Below, piece by piece: positions 27,540-37,379 of a stretch of 64,000 nucleotides of DNA. The notes beneath the pieces were generated by a model. It was not told the DNA's origin and searched no databases. It saw only the letters and a program-made list of their open reading frames with translations. Position 1 is the stretch's first letter, and every line of letters starts with the position of its first letter. Source of the DNA: an uncultured delta proteobacterium (GTDB lineage: Bacteria > Myxococcota_A > Polyangia > Fen-1088); NCBI GenBank assembly GCA_963782545.1, contig CAWAKD010000006.1:71309-135308 (forward strand), read 5' to 3'. Position numbers and translations under genes: made by a program.

Positions 27540-28892
27540 TCAGATCTCTTTGCGGCGTAGACGCAAGAACACCAGGAACAAAGCAACGAGGGCGGTGCCG
27601 AACGGGCTTGCAGTGGGGGTGGTGCTGCAACTGCAGCCACCTTGGGCATTGGTCGTCCCTGCTGTGCCTTCGCTGGTCTCGCCGCCACTCGCGGTGGTAC
27701 CGCCGGTTGCCGCCATGCCGCCCGATCCAATCGATCCACCGGAAGCGGTTGTGTCACCGGAGCCGGTCATGCCACCCGTGCGCAAAGTACCACCCAAGCC
27801 GGTCGATCCACCGGATGCGCTCGTGTCGCCCGATCCTGCCGTGCCGCCGGAAGCGGTGGTGCCACCGGTGTTCGTCGTGCCGCCGGAAGCGCCACCGGTG
27901 CTCGGCGTCCCACCGGAAGCGGTGGTGCTGCCGGCATTCGTCGTACCGCCGGTGCTCGTTGTCCCGCCGGTGCTCGTTGTCCTGCCGGTGCTCGTTGTCC
28001 CGCCGGTGCTCGTTGTCCCCCCTGTGCTCGTCGTGCCGCCGGATCCGCCGGTAGTACCCCCGGCGCCGCCGGTGGAGGTGACCCCGCCCGTGCCCGGACC
28101 ACCGCCCGCGCCACCACTGCCGCCGGCAGCATTGTCGACAGGTGGTGTGCCGGGATTGCCCGTCGCATTGTCTGCGGTCAGCGACAACACGGCGATGCCG
28201 TTCACGAAGGCGACGTTTTGCGGGCTGTGGGTCGACAGGTTGAAGGGCGAGGCCCAGTTGCCGACCGCCCAACCGGACGGAATGCCCGACGACTGGAAAT
28301 CCTCGTGCCACTGCACGTTGAAATTGCCGTTGTCGTACGACGAGTATTCCACCCAGCTTATGTACTGGTGCACCGGCAGTGTCGTGTTGTTGATGTTTCC
28401 GCCGAAGCTGGAGTTGCCGGGCCAGATGTTGAAGTGGAAGGACATGCCGGCGGTCGCATTCTGGGCGTAGGCGGTGGCGTTGGCGCCGGTATCCCGGCGG
28501 ATCTCTTTGCCGTCGACCACCCACGCGATGTAGGTCGGCGTCCATTCGAACCGATAGTCGTGGTATCCCGTGCAAATGCTGGCCAGGGAAGGTGTCTGCT
28601 GGTGCTGGCTCTTCGGGTTCCCGTAGATGCTATTGATCTGCATGTGGCAATCGGCGCCGACCTTCTCGTAGTCCAGCTCGTTCCAATAGCCGTTGGCCGC
28701 GTCGGAGCCCTCTTTCCAAAGAAAGAACGAGCTGACCACGCCGTCACCCGGGGCGAACTGAATGCGTGCATCGAAACGCCCGTAGAAATAGGCCTTCGTA
28801 CTGTACAGCTCGGCGCTGGCCATGCCCATGGCCGAGGCAGGAACGAGAACGGTCGCAACAACAAGCGCGAGCAGAGCCGACCTTGAATTCAT
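27540..28892 (-). CDS. Glycoside hydrolase family 16 (beta-glucanase/laminarinase-like) with a Gly/Thr-rich stalk and a MYXO-CTERM sorting tail
   Basis: Signal peptide MNSRSALLALVVATVLVPASA. GH16 E-x-D-x-x-E region (NELDYEK). The C-terminus is ...GGCSCSTTPTASPFGTALVALFLVFLRLRRKEI, i.e. Cys + TM + basic tail. Confidence 0.8.
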   Translation of the reverse strand: MNSRSALLALVVATVLVPASAMGMASAELYSTKAYFYGRFDARIQFAPGDGVVSSFFLWKEGSDAANGYWNELDYEKVGADCHMQINSIYGNPKSQHQQTPSLASICTGYHDYRFEWTPTYIAWVVDGKEIRRDTGANATAYAQNATAGMSFHFNIWPGNSSFGGNINNTTLPVHQYISWVEYSSYDNGNFNVQWHEDFQSSGIPSGWAVGNWASPFNLSTHSPQNVAFVNGIAVLSLTADNATGNPGTPPVDNAAGGSGGAGGGPGTGGVTSTGGAGGTTGGSGGTTSTGGTTSTGGTTSTGRTTSTGGTTSTGGTTNAGSTTASGGTPSTGGASGGTTNTGGTTASGGTAGSGDTSASGGSTGLGGTLRTGGMTGSGDTTASGGSIGSGGMAATGGTTASGGETSEGTAGTTNAQGGCSCSTTPTASPFGTALVALFLVFLRLRRKEI

Positions 28893-28968
28893 GCGCCAAC
28901 CATGAACGTCCGCCCCGGGTTTTCCAAGAAGGCGCGGAGAGGAATCCCAAGAAATGCGAAGATCGTCG

Positions 28969-30366
28969 CTAAAGTCTCCCGCGCCGCGCTTCCAAGCGGG
29001 CACGTATGGCGTTCATGGTGTCGCGGGTCAGAGGATAGCGTCCCAGGGCGATGGCGGCGAGAAGCGAGGCCACGGCCGGCACGACCGCGAAAAGAATGCG
29101 CAGCTCCGTGATGGTCGTCGCGTCCTGCAAGGCCCTGCGCGGATCGAAGCCGGTCAGCTCGACGAGCGGGCCGGCGGCGAGCAGCGTGAAGGTGGTGCCG
29201 AGCTTCAGCACGTAGGAAAGGGTCGAGGCGAAGGCGCCTTCGCGACGTGTCCCACCCTCCAGCTCGTCGAAATCGACGATATCGGCCAGCATCGAAGGTA
29301 GCAATACCCAAAAGAAGCCCGAGGCGACGATGCCGAAGAGGCCGTGGCAAACCACGGAGAGAATGGGAGCCGCTGGGGTGTAGAGCACAAAGCTCGCGGC
29401 CAGAGCGACGCTCCCGCCGTAGAGCGCACCCTGGAGGGTCTGGCGTTTTCCCACCTTGGCGGCCAGCCATGCCGCGCCGGGGATGCAGGCGGCCCCCAGG
29501 ATGCTGTAGGCGGTGCCCGCGAGCCCGCCGTAGAAAGCGGCGACGCCGGGGCTGCCGGCTAGTACGTGGTAGTAGAGAACGTACCAGCTGAAGACGCCGA
29601 CCATCGAGGTCGGTACCGCGAAGAGGACGAGCGTCAGCAAGAGGATGCGAAACGGTGGGCAGCGAAATGTCTGTCGCGTGGTGGCCCGGAAACCGACGCG
29701 CTCCTGTAAGCGGGCCAGCGGGTAGTAACGCTCGTGCACGAAGAGGACGTTGCCGATCCCGGCGAGCATGATCACGGCGCCAGCGATGGCACCGGCCCAC
29801 ATGGCGCCGCGGGCGAGGTTGGGGACGCCATCGGCGTCCGCGAACCAGGGGCGGGCGGTGAACCACCAGGCCCAGGCATTCGCCACGCCGGCCAGCGTCT
29901 GCACGATGCCTCGCCAGGACATGACGGCCGTACGCTCGTCGGTATCGGCGGTCAGCTCGGCCCCCAAGCTCTGGTACGGCATGTTGTAGCAGCTGAGGAT
30001 AGGGGCATAGCCGCACGCCGTAAGCAGGACGAACCAGAACAGCGTCGACGCGCTCCAGGTGTGCGAGGCGGCAAAAAGGCACGGCAGGGCAGCGCCGGCG
30101 AGGAGCGAGCCCACGAGGATGTACGGTCGTCGTCGCCCCCAGCGCGTCCGGGTGTTGTCCGACCGCCAACCGAAGTAGGAGTCGGTGAAGGCGTCGGTCA
30201 AACGGGCCGAGGCTTGCGCGATGCCAAGCAGCGACGGAGAGAGATGCAGGAAGCCGACGAACACCGGCTGCATCAGCCCGAAGTAGAACCAGTGGCCGAA
30301 GATGTCGATCGTCCCGCCCAACGCGTAGGCGGCTTTGGTGAGGCGGCGAAGCCTTGGCCCGGTCAA
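28969..30366 (-). CDS. Glycoside-pentoside-hexuronide (GPH):cation symporter family MFS transporter
   Basis: 12 TM segments, with a GPH-like D..R.G.RRP motif (WRSDNTRTRWGRRRPY). The TTG start overlaps the araC stop (TTGA). Confidence 0.8.
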   Translation of the reverse strand: MTGPRLRRLTKAAYALGGTIDIFGHWFYFGLMQPVFVGFLHLSPSLLGIAQASARLTDAFTDSYFGWRSDNTRTRWGRRRPYILVGSLLAGAALPCLFAASHTWSASTLFWFVLLTACGYAPILSCYNMPYQSLGAELTADTDERTAVMSWRGIVQTLAGVANAWAWWFTARPWFADADGVPNLARGAMWAGAIAGAVIMLAGIGNVLFVHERYYPLARLQERVGFRATTRQTFRCPPFRILLLTLVLFAVPTSMVGVFSWYVLYYHVLAGSPGVAAFYGGLAGTAYSILGAACIPGAAWLAAKVGKRQTLQGALYGGSVALAASFVLYTPAAPILSVVCHGLFGIVASGFFWVLLPSMLADIVDFDELEGGTRREGAFASTLSYVLKLGTTFTLLAAGPLVELTGFDPRRALQDATTITELRILFAVVPAVASLLAAIALGRYPLTRDTMNAIRARLEARRGRL

Positions 30367-31187
30367 GGATCGTAGGCCTGCTGCATTTGTTCGCGCAACC
30401 CCGCTTGGAAGAAGCTACGCGGAGAGCAGCCGAGCTCGGCCTGGAAGATACGATGACACTGAGAGTAGGAGCCGAAGCCCGATGCCTGGGCGGCCGAACT
30501 CAGGGTCAGGCCGCCGCCGTCCATCAGGCGGATCAAGTGCAACAGACGCACGCGGGTGCGGTAATGGGCGAAGGTCATACCCACGTCTCGGTGGAAGTAG
30601 CGGCTGATTTCGGAATCGGCGGTTCGCAGGCGTCGCGAGAGGGATCGCAAGCCGAGGCCCGGCATTTGACTGACTGCGGACAGCGCCCGGCGTGTGAGCA
30701 CGTGCATGGCCACCGGTTGGGCCGTGCAGCGCCTCGTCAGCCAGTGCGCGTAATCCCACAGCTCTGCGCACGGCTGGTCGACGCCGTCCCGATCCACGAT
30801 GGCCGAGGCACGGTTGACCAGCGCGCGGAAATCCTCAAGGCCAAGCCGTAGGTGCAGCGGCAGCATGCCCTCGTCGGTGCGCAAGACGTCCGAAGAGAGG
30901 CCCGGCTCCAGGCCGATGGCGAACAGGTACAGGTCCGGCGATGCCTCGAGCAGAACGTGGTCCTGGGCAGGGGAGAAGCCGAGCAGATCGCCCTGCGAAA
31001 CCCGGACGACGGTCTCGCCGATGCCGAAGGTCGCGTGCCCGGACGCGATGAGGTTGATCTCGGGCTCGACGTGGAAATGCCGCGGACGCCGTCCCCAGTT
31101 GACCGGCGAGTACTTCCAGACGAAGGCGCGCGCCTTTCCCTGCGTGGGCAGAAAGCGCTGGTGGATGGCTCGCCGTACTACAGTCAT
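30363..31187 (-). CDS. AraC family transcriptional regulator (cupin + HTH)
   Basis: C-terminal AraC-type HTH (...LSSAAQASGFGSYSQCHRIFQAELGCSPRSF). N-terminal cupin-like domain. Confidence 0.8.
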   Translation of the reverse strand: MTVVRRAIHQRFLPTQGKARAFVWKYSPVNWGRRPRHFHVEPEINLIASGHATFGIGETVVRVSQGDLLGFSPAQDHVLLEASPDLYLFAIGLEPGLSSDVLRTDEGMLPLHLRLGLEDFRALVNRASAIVDRDGVDQPCAELWDYAHWLTRRCTAQPVAMHVLTRRALSAVSQMPGLGLRSLSRRLRTADSEISRYFHRDVGMTFAHYRTRVRLLHLIRLMDGGGLTLSSAAQASGFGSYSQCHRIFQAELGCSPRSFFQAGLREQMQQAYDP

Positions 31188-31496
31188 GTCATCTACTCCT
31201 ACAATGTACAGCACTGGGCCATGGCGGCCAGTGCTTTTCGAGCGCCCTGGCGGCCTTCACCGAATCGCGTCCACAAGATGTCTGATAACGCAGATCACGT
31301 AAACCACATCCACCTCTACGCACTCAAACTGTCCTCTATACCCAGGATCGACGACATGTCCGTGGGAAGAGCGTAGCACCGCGCCGGGTCGCGCGTGATG
31401 CATGTCACGTTGGGTTGGCCAGGCGCGGGTTTCTGGTGTGGTGCCCCGCCCCCCACGGAATACGATAGGTCCGTGAGATGCCTCGGACAGAAGAAC

Positions 31497-32438
31497 ATGT
31501 GGTCCGTGACTGCCTCGCGACTCGCGGTCGCGATGTGCTCGCTCTTCGCAGTGAGCTGCAGCGGCAAAGGAGGTGGCCTTTCCGGGACCAATGGCAGAGG
31601 TGCAGGCAGCACCGCTGGCAGCAGTGTGACCGCGGCGAACGGTAGCAGCGGTGGCGACACAGGCGGTGTGCCCCAAGGTACCGGCAGCAGCACAGGCGGT
31701 CGCACGGGCGGCGCGCTCGGAGGCACTGGCGGTAGCCCGGATCGCGGAACGGGCGGCGCGGCCGAGAGCACAGGCGGCAGCCTCGGCAACGGAACGGGCG
31801 GCGCGGCCCAGGGCATCGGCGGTGGGATCGGCAACGGCACAGGCGGCGTGGATCTAGGAACCGCTGGCAGCATTGGCGTCGGCACCGGCGGAATGATCGC
31901 GGATGCCGGACCGGACGCGATCGCCTGTTCACGAGGCGCCACCCTGGCCGACTGCCAGCTTTGTCAGGGCGACGTGCCCGCGATCTGCGAACGGGCCTGT
32001 CCCAAGGTTGATTGCTCCGTCTATCCTCCTCCGGCCGAGTGTGAACCCATCTGCGCCGGAGGAACCTGTTGCGAATGCCAGCCCTCGCTCGGCAACGAGT
32101 ACTCCTGGCGAACCCCGCAAGTATCGATCCAGTGCGGCACCAGCTGCACCGACGTGGTTTCGAAGTGGAATGCGCTGGTATCGCAGCCTTCGCTCACGGC
32201 TTGTACCGTCGATTCCGACTGTGCCGCGGTTGGCGGCACTGGCAGTTGCAGCTGCGTGCGAAGCCTCTCGGGCTGCGGCAAGGCCGTCAATCTCGCCGCC
32301 TACCAGGCGACCGATGGGCCGGCGATCGAGTCCGCCTTCCAGCAAGGCTGCGAGAACACGCTTGCGACTTGCGATTGCGGTCCCGCCTACGTCGGCTGCA
32401 GAGCCGGTCAATGCGTGGTCACCGGTTACGGCTGCTGA
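31497..32438 (+). CDS. Gly-rich / Cys-rich secreted lipoprotein
   Basis: Start moved to MWSV...LFAVSCSG (lipobox). GGxGG repeats. C-terminal 24-Cys module. Confidence 0.6.
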   Translation: MWSVTASRLAVAMCSLFAVSCSGKGGGLSGTNGRGAGSTAGSSVTAANGSSGGDTGGVPQGTGSSTGGRTGGALGGTGGSPDRGTGGAAESTGGSLGNGTGGAAQGIGGGIGNGTGGVDLGTAGSIGVGTGGMIADAGPDAIACSRGATLADCQLCQGDVPAICERACPKVDCSVYPPPAECEPICAGGTCCECQPSLGNEYSWRTPQVSIQCGTSCTDVVSKWNALVSQPSLTACTVDSDCAAVGGTGSCSCVRSLSGCGKAVNLAAYQATDGPAIESAFQQGCENTLATCDCGPAYVGCRAGQCVVTGYGC

Positions 32439-32467
32439 ATGGGCTGCGTCGACGCCGGCGTGAGTGT

Positions 32468-33067
32468 CTAGGTTGGGAATTCTCTCAAGCCGTTGTCTCC
32501 GCCGCGGACCACGTCCTCCGCCTCGAGGCGCGCAGGGTTCTCCACCGTCGGGTAGTCCGAGTCCGAGAAAGCGAGATCCCGGGCGCCTTGGAAGAACCTC
32601 GGGTTCGGATTGGATGCGGGGTGCGGACGGCCGTCCGAGCGACCACCCATCTCCCGCACGTAGATTCCTCGCGCCGTTTTCAAGGCGGTATGTCCAGGTC
32701 CGTGAACCATCAGATCGCCCAAGCTGACGACGCCTTCGAGATGTCCGACTTCGTCGACCACCAACAGCCGGGAGACTCCCGACGCGATCATCAACTCGCC
32801 AGCCGTAGTGACTGGACAATCGCGCCCAATGGAATGGACTTGAGCCGTCATTACTTCTTTCACTCTGGCCTGCGCGGCCGGGAGATACTTCCCGATCGCG
32901 CGCAGGGCAATATCGCGATCGGTAATCACGCCCAATGGCGTTCCCTGGGCGCTGCATACTGGTAGAAATCCCAGGTTGTGGAATCTCATTAGTTGCGCAG
33001 CACGAGCCACGGATTGGTCGGGCGCAATCCATTGCACCTCATGAGTCATAATTTCCTTGCAATGCAT
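32468..33067 (-). CDS. CBS domain pair protein
   Basis: Two CBS motifs (VQWIAPDQSVARAAQLM ; LLVVDEVGHLEGVVSLGDLM). Confidence 0.75.
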   Translation of the reverse strand: MHCKEIMTHEVQWIAPDQSVARAAQLMRFHNLGFLPVCSAQGTPLGVITDRDIALRAIGKYLPAAQARVKEVMTAQVHSIGRDCPVTTAGELMIASGVSRLLVVDEVGHLEGVVSLGDLMVHGPGHTALKTARGIYVREMGGRSDGRPHPASNPNPRFFQGARDLAFSDSDYPTVENPARLEAEDVVRGGDNGLREFPT

Positions 33068-33370
33068 CTTCTTCCCTCCTTGTTAGCAGGGTTCGACAAT
33101 ATGCTTGAGCAAGAGACGGACCAAAGACGCGGACAGGCTCGCGCCACGGCTAGTCACCGCTTCCCGCGCAAGGTTTCGCTCCGCCGGTTCGTCTCCTGTC
33201 TGCCGCCTTTCGATCCACCGGCGTGGCGCCATGCCACGGATGGCAGAATGCCACAATGGGAACTACACCACCTGCACAGTCGGGTGGGCGCGTGGTCCCC
33301 GGGCAGGGGTGCTGAAGGCATCCATCCTGGACGAACCGATCGTCGGTGTCGACCGACCGCCGAGACCTCG

Positions 33371-34291
33371 CTAGCGCGTGGCCTTGATGCCTTCTTTCCC
33401 TAGCAGGTCTTGCAGGGCACGGAGGTTCTGATCGCAGGCAGTGGTGAGCGCCGGCTTTGTCTGCAAGGACAACTCGAGCGAGCGAACGTTGCTGTTCCGC
33501 CGAGACAGCGCCACGATCTGGCGAGAGATGTCCTTGAACCGTTCGAGGGCAGACAACGCGACCGTGAGGGTTGGACGCGCATCTCTGGGAAGCAGCTTGG
33601 TCAGCGACTCGACGGCGCTCCTGGCCATCGTGTCGAGGTTGGCCATTTTCTGCTCCATGCTGGTCATGGCGGCGTCCTTGGATGCGGCGATATGGGGGCC
33701 GTACAGCACCTGAATCTCGCGAACCGCCAGGACCGCCTTGGCGATCGTCTCCTCGACGCCACAGCGGGCTTGGGGCGGAACTTTGCGTGCGACGGTGCCC
33801 AGAGCATCGCGGAACGAGTCTGCGGCCTCCTGCGCTGGACCAAAGGCCAAGCGCTGCGCCTTGAGATTGGTATTCTCGACGGCCAACGCGAGGATGGTAC
33901 GGTCGATCTCTCGGTACTTGGCGAGGTTCTCACCGAAGTCTTCGAGATCCTGGAGTTCGCGCGGGAAGCTCAGGCTCTGCAGCAGTGGCCTGAGCGCCGC
34001 GACCTCGCCGTCGACGATCTGCAGAGCCTTTTCGGCCTCGCGCGCAGACGCAATCGATGCCTCGTCTGTGTCCGCCATGACAGCACGATTGGACGCATCT
34101 ACTGCTTGGGTAAACTGAACCCTGAGGTCCGCTGCCAACCGTTTCGAATCGGCGAGCTGAGTGAAGTAGTCGCGTCGCCCTCGGCAGCCCAAGGCCAGGC
34201 CGAGGACACAAATCAAGACCGCTAGTTGCTGAAGTGTTTGGCGCGCCGGAGCGAGGCCTACGGAATAAAACACGGCGCAAGGGTACCACAT
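33371..34291 (-). CDS. Hypothetical membrane-anchored periplasmic helical protein (4HB-like)
   Basis: N-terminal TM/signal. All-alpha, coiled-coil-prone. Weak resemblance to a four-helix-bundle sensor module. Confidence 0.45.
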   Translation of the reverse strand: MWYPCAVFYSVGLAPARQTLQQLAVLICVLGLALGCRGRRDYFTQLADSKRLAADLRVQFTQAVDASNRAVMADTDEASIASAREAEKALQIVDGEVAALRPLLQSLSFPRELQDLEDFGENLAKYREIDRTILALAVENTNLKAQRLAFGPAQEAADSFRDALGTVARKVPPQARCGVEETIAKAVLAVREIQVLYGPHIAASKDAAMTSMEQKMANLDTMARSAVESLTKLLPRDARPTLTVALSALERFKDISRQIVALSRRNSNVRSLELSLQTKPALTTACDQNLRALQDLLGKEGIKATR

Positions 34292-34398
34292 GGCCGGAGC
34301 GGAACTGCCGGTAATCCGTGCGGCTTCGCCGCTTCCTGTCGCTTTGAGGTTGTCGGCGGCTATCCGGGGTGCCAGAAGATGACGACGTTCACTTCTCC

Positions 34399-35235
34399 AT
34401 GACCATCTGGGTTTTCACGATCGCGGTCTTCGGCGGTTCGGTCACCGCCGGGCTCTTGGGTTCCTTGACGGGGCTCGGGGGTGGCGTGGTGCTCATCCCG
34501 CTGCTCCACCTGCTCTTCAAAGTTGACATGCGATATGCCATGGGGGCCTCTCTGGTCGCGGTGATCGCGACCTCGTCGGGGGCGGCGGCTGCCTACGTCA
34601 AGGAGGGGTTCTCGAACATCCGCATCGGGATGTTCCTCGAGGTGGCCACCACCCTGGGGGCGCTGGGCGGCGCGCTCCTGGCCACCCGGATCCCGACCCA
34701 CGTGCTGGCCTTCATCCTGGGGGTGGTTCTGCTCGGCTCTGGCTACCTGTCGCGCAAGCCGCGCTCCCACGCGGAGCGCGAGGTGCCGCCCGACGCGCTC
34801 GCCACGCGTCTCGGCATGAACGGCACTTTTCCCGGGTCGGAAGGGGTTCGCGCCTACAACGTCACCCACGTGCCCACGGGATTCGCTCTCATGCTGGGAG
34901 CCGGCGCCCTCTCCGGCCTACTCGGCATCGGCTCGGGGGCGATGAAGGTCCTGGCCATGGATCGGGCCATGAAGATCCCGTTCAAGGTTTCCACCACCAC
35001 CAGCAACTTCATGATTGGCGTCACCGCGGCGGCGAGCGCCGGCGTCTACCTTGACCGTGGCTACATCGACCCCGGTCTGGCCATGCCCGTGGTGCTGGGC
35101 GTGCTGGTCGGTTCGGTGGCGGGGACGCGCGTGCTGACCCATGGTCAGACCAGGTGGCTGCGCCTGCTCTTCAGCATGGTCATCGCGGCCCTCGGGATCG
35201 AGATGATCCTCAAGGGCTTGCAGGGGATCCCCTGA
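34399..35235 (+). CDS. TauE/SafE family sulfite/anion exporter
   Basis: Duplicated 4-TM halves with G-rich motifs (LTGLGGGVVLIPLL ; LLGIGSGAMKV). Confidence 0.8.
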   Translation: MTIWVFTIAVFGGSVTAGLLGSLTGLGGGVVLIPLLHLLFKVDMRYAMGASLVAVIATSSGAAAAYVKEGFSNIRIGMFLEVATTLGALGGALLATRIPTHVLAFILGVVLLGSGYLSRKPRSHAEREVPPDALATRLGMNGTFPGSEGVRAYNVTHVPTGFALMLGAGALSGLLGIGSGAMKVLAMDRAMKIPFKVSTTTSNFMIGVTAAASAGVYLDRGYIDPGLAMPVVLGVLVGSVAGTRVLTHGQTRWLRLLFSMVIAALGIEMILKGLQGIP

Positions 35236-35236
35236 C

Positions 35237-35614
35237 ATGAAGACCTCGTCCGCGACCCTCGACAAGCGCGTGGAGAACACCATCGGCAACCTGCTCCGGC
35301 TCGGCGTCCTCCTGTCCGCCGGATTGATCGTTGTGGGGGCCGCGCTCTATTTGTGGCGGCACGGCCACTCGCCCGCCGCCTACCACGTGTTCCGCGACGA
35401 TCTGCCCGAGCTGCGCGGGCTCGGGGGGATCTTGCGCTCGGCCTGGGCCCTCAATCCCCGCGGAGTCATTCAATTCGGGCTCCTCGTCCTCATCGCCACG
35501 CCGGTGGCGCGGGTCGGATTCTCGATCTGGGGATTCGCGGCGATGCGGGATCGGACCTACGTGCTCATCGCCAGCCTGGTGCTCTGCACGCTCCTCTACA
35601 GTCTCTTCGGGTAG
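35237..35614 (+). CDS. DUF1634 family small membrane protein
   Basis: Its start overlaps the tauE stop. Three TM segments. Commonly paired with TauE. Confidence 0.6.
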   Translation: MKTSSATLDKRVENTIGNLLRLGVLLSAGLIVVGAALYLWRHGHSPAAYHVFRDDLPELRGLGGILRSAWALNPRGVIQFGLLVLIATPVARVGFSIWGFAAMRDRTYVLIASLVLCTLLYSLFG

Positions 35615-35701
35615 CTGGCGGAAGCCAACGTGCGCCACGTGGCTGCTGCAGCCTGACTCTGCCGGGGAAGAGAGACCGGACAACCGTGGTACTATCGGGC
35701 C

Positions 35702-36124
35702 GTGACGATCGAGGAACTGACTTCACGGCTAGGCCGGGCGTTGCAGGCGCGGCCAGAGGTGCGTCTTGCGTTCCTGTTCGGGTCGTCAGTGTCAAGGGGG
35801 CTGGATTCTGCGAAGGATGTCGATGTCGCGAGCGCCTTTGCGGGTCCCCTTACTCTTCTCGAGCAAGGCACCATCGCGACCCAGCTCGAGCAGGTCGCGG
35901 AGCGCGAGATCGATCTCATCGACCTCGATGCGACCTCGACCTTGCTGCGCTGGGAGGTCGCACGCAGCGGCGTCGTCCTCTTCGCTAGAGACCACGCCGA
36001 GCTGGTGGAATTCCGCGCGCGTGTGCCTCTCGAGTATTTCGATCTCGAACCCTTCCTCGTTCGCGAAGCCGCCGGCCTACGTCTGGCTTTGGAGGAAACG
36101 AGATGGTCCAGCTCGAAGTCGTGA
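35702..36124 (+). CDS. MNT-type nucleotidyltransferase antitoxin (HepT/MNT type VII TA pair 1)
   Basis: GS..RG....SDVD motif (FLFGSSVSRGLDSAKDVDVAS). Overlaps the downstream DUF86 gene by 22 nt. Confidence 0.75.
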   Translation: MTIEELTSRLGRALQARPEVRLAFLFGSSVSRGLDSAKDVDVASAFAGPLTLLEQGTIATQLEQVAEREIDLIDLDATSTLLRWEVARSGVVLFARDHAELVEFRARVPLEYFDLEPFLVREAAGLRLALEETRWSSSKS

Positions 36125-36537
36125 GACAGAAAATCGCGCGCATGCGCGACACCGGGCAGTGGCTGAAGGCGTGCCTTCCCGCAGGGTCTGCCGACATGGT
36201 TTCCGACCGGAATGTCCGGGATCTCGTCTCGTTCCGCGCCCACCTGCTGGTCCAGGAGGCCATCGATATTTGTTCTCACCTCATCGCCGACCAGGGTTGG
36301 GGCCCCGTGCCGAGCCTGCGTGATCACTTCACGTTTCTGGCAGACAAGGGCGTGTTGCCGACCGGGTTGGCCGGCCAACTTGCAGCAGCCGTCAAGGTGC
36401 GCAACCTGGTCGGCCACGGCTACGTCGCGGTGGATCCACACAAGATGCACGAGGCGGCGGTGGAGATCGTTACCCTGGTCGATCCGTTTTGCGCGACCGT
36501 TTTATCGTTTGCCGAGGGCCACGCCCGCCGAGGCTGA
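36103..36537 (+). CDS. HepT-like (DUF86, HEPN) RNase toxin (pair 1)
   Basis: C-terminal R-x4-HGY motif (VRNLVGHGYVAVDPHKM), the HEPN Rx4-6H. Confidence 0.75.
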   Translation: MVQLEVVRQKIARMRDTGQWLKACLPAGSADMVSDRNVRDLVSFRAHLLVQEAIDICSHLIADQGWGPVPSLRDHFTFLADKGVLPTGLAGQLAAAVKVRNLVGHGYVAVDPHKMHEAAVEIVTLVDPFCATVLSFAEGHARRG

Positions 36538-36842
36538 AGCCGATGGCGGGCTGGTGCCGCCACGAACCCAGGTGTGACCGCGCGCGCGGCTAGACCGCAA
36601 TCCTTACCCTTGGCTCTGGACCTTCCCGGCAAGGCGGTCTGGCGTAGCTTGGTCACCTTCGGGCGAGGAGGAATGGATGAACCCGCGCTACGTACGCACC
36701 ATGGTTGATCGTTTGCTGGCGGATCTGGAGAAGGATCCACGGCTCGGATCATAGCGCCTTCAAGCGCCATTTCTTCTGCCGCTCGGCCTCGCGCCCGGCC
36801 GCCATCTTGAAAGTCTCGACCTGGGTACTCGTCGACCACTGG

Positions 36843-37190
36843 CTATCCCCGGAACGTGAAGTACGCAGCACCGATCAGGCAGAGGCCGGCCCACAGGTAG
36901 TCGAGCTTGATCGGCTGGCGCATGTAGAAGATTGCGAATGGAACGAAGACCGTCAGCGTCACCACCTCTTGGAGAATCTTGAGTTGCGCCAAACTGAGCG
37001 CGGTGAAGCCGAGGCGGTTGGCGGGCACCTGCAGGCAATATTCGAACAGGGCGATCGACCAGCTTACCAGTGCGGCGACGTACCAGGGCTTGCCGCCCAA
37101 GGTCTTGAGGTGACCGTACCAGGCGAGGAGCATGAAAGTGTTCGACAGACAAAGTAGGCCGGTGGTCCGCAGGAGCACGGAGATGTTCAT
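36843..37190 (-). CDS. Small DMT-like (DUF486) membrane protein
   Basis: 115 aa, 4 TM. The upstream 230 aa of the ORF is read-through of a transposase remnant. Confidence 0.55.
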   Translation of the reverse strand: MNISVLLRTTGLLCLSNTFMLLAWYGHLKTLGGKPWYVAALVSWSIALFEYCLQVPANRLGFTALSLAQLKILQEVVTLTVFVPFAIFYMRQPIKLDYLWAGLCLIGAAYFTFRG

Positions 37191-37379
37191 GGGCTCTGGT
37201 CCTACCATGATGGACACGCAGGGGCCGCCCAGCCCGCCGCCCCCCGTTCCACGTAGCCTCGCCAAAACCCATCGGCGGCACCTCCCGCGCACCGCTGGGC
37301 CTTCCGTCGGTTCTGGACCTGGCGTTCTCGGCATCGTCAACCAGGCCGCCCTCCCACAAGTCGCGAGGTTCGTGACTTG

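Noticed and set aside
26786-28054. 422-aa Pro-rich plus-strand ORF (PPVPPTPPLP...)
   Set aside because: Exact antisense of the Gly-rich linkers of the GH5 and GH16 genes (GGN codons read as NCC=Pro). Artefact.
36675-36752. 25-codon ORF MNPRYVRTMVDRLLADLEKDPRLGS with a good RBS
   Set aside because: Looks like the orphaned N-terminus of a larger gene truncated by island decay. Too short to call as a gene.
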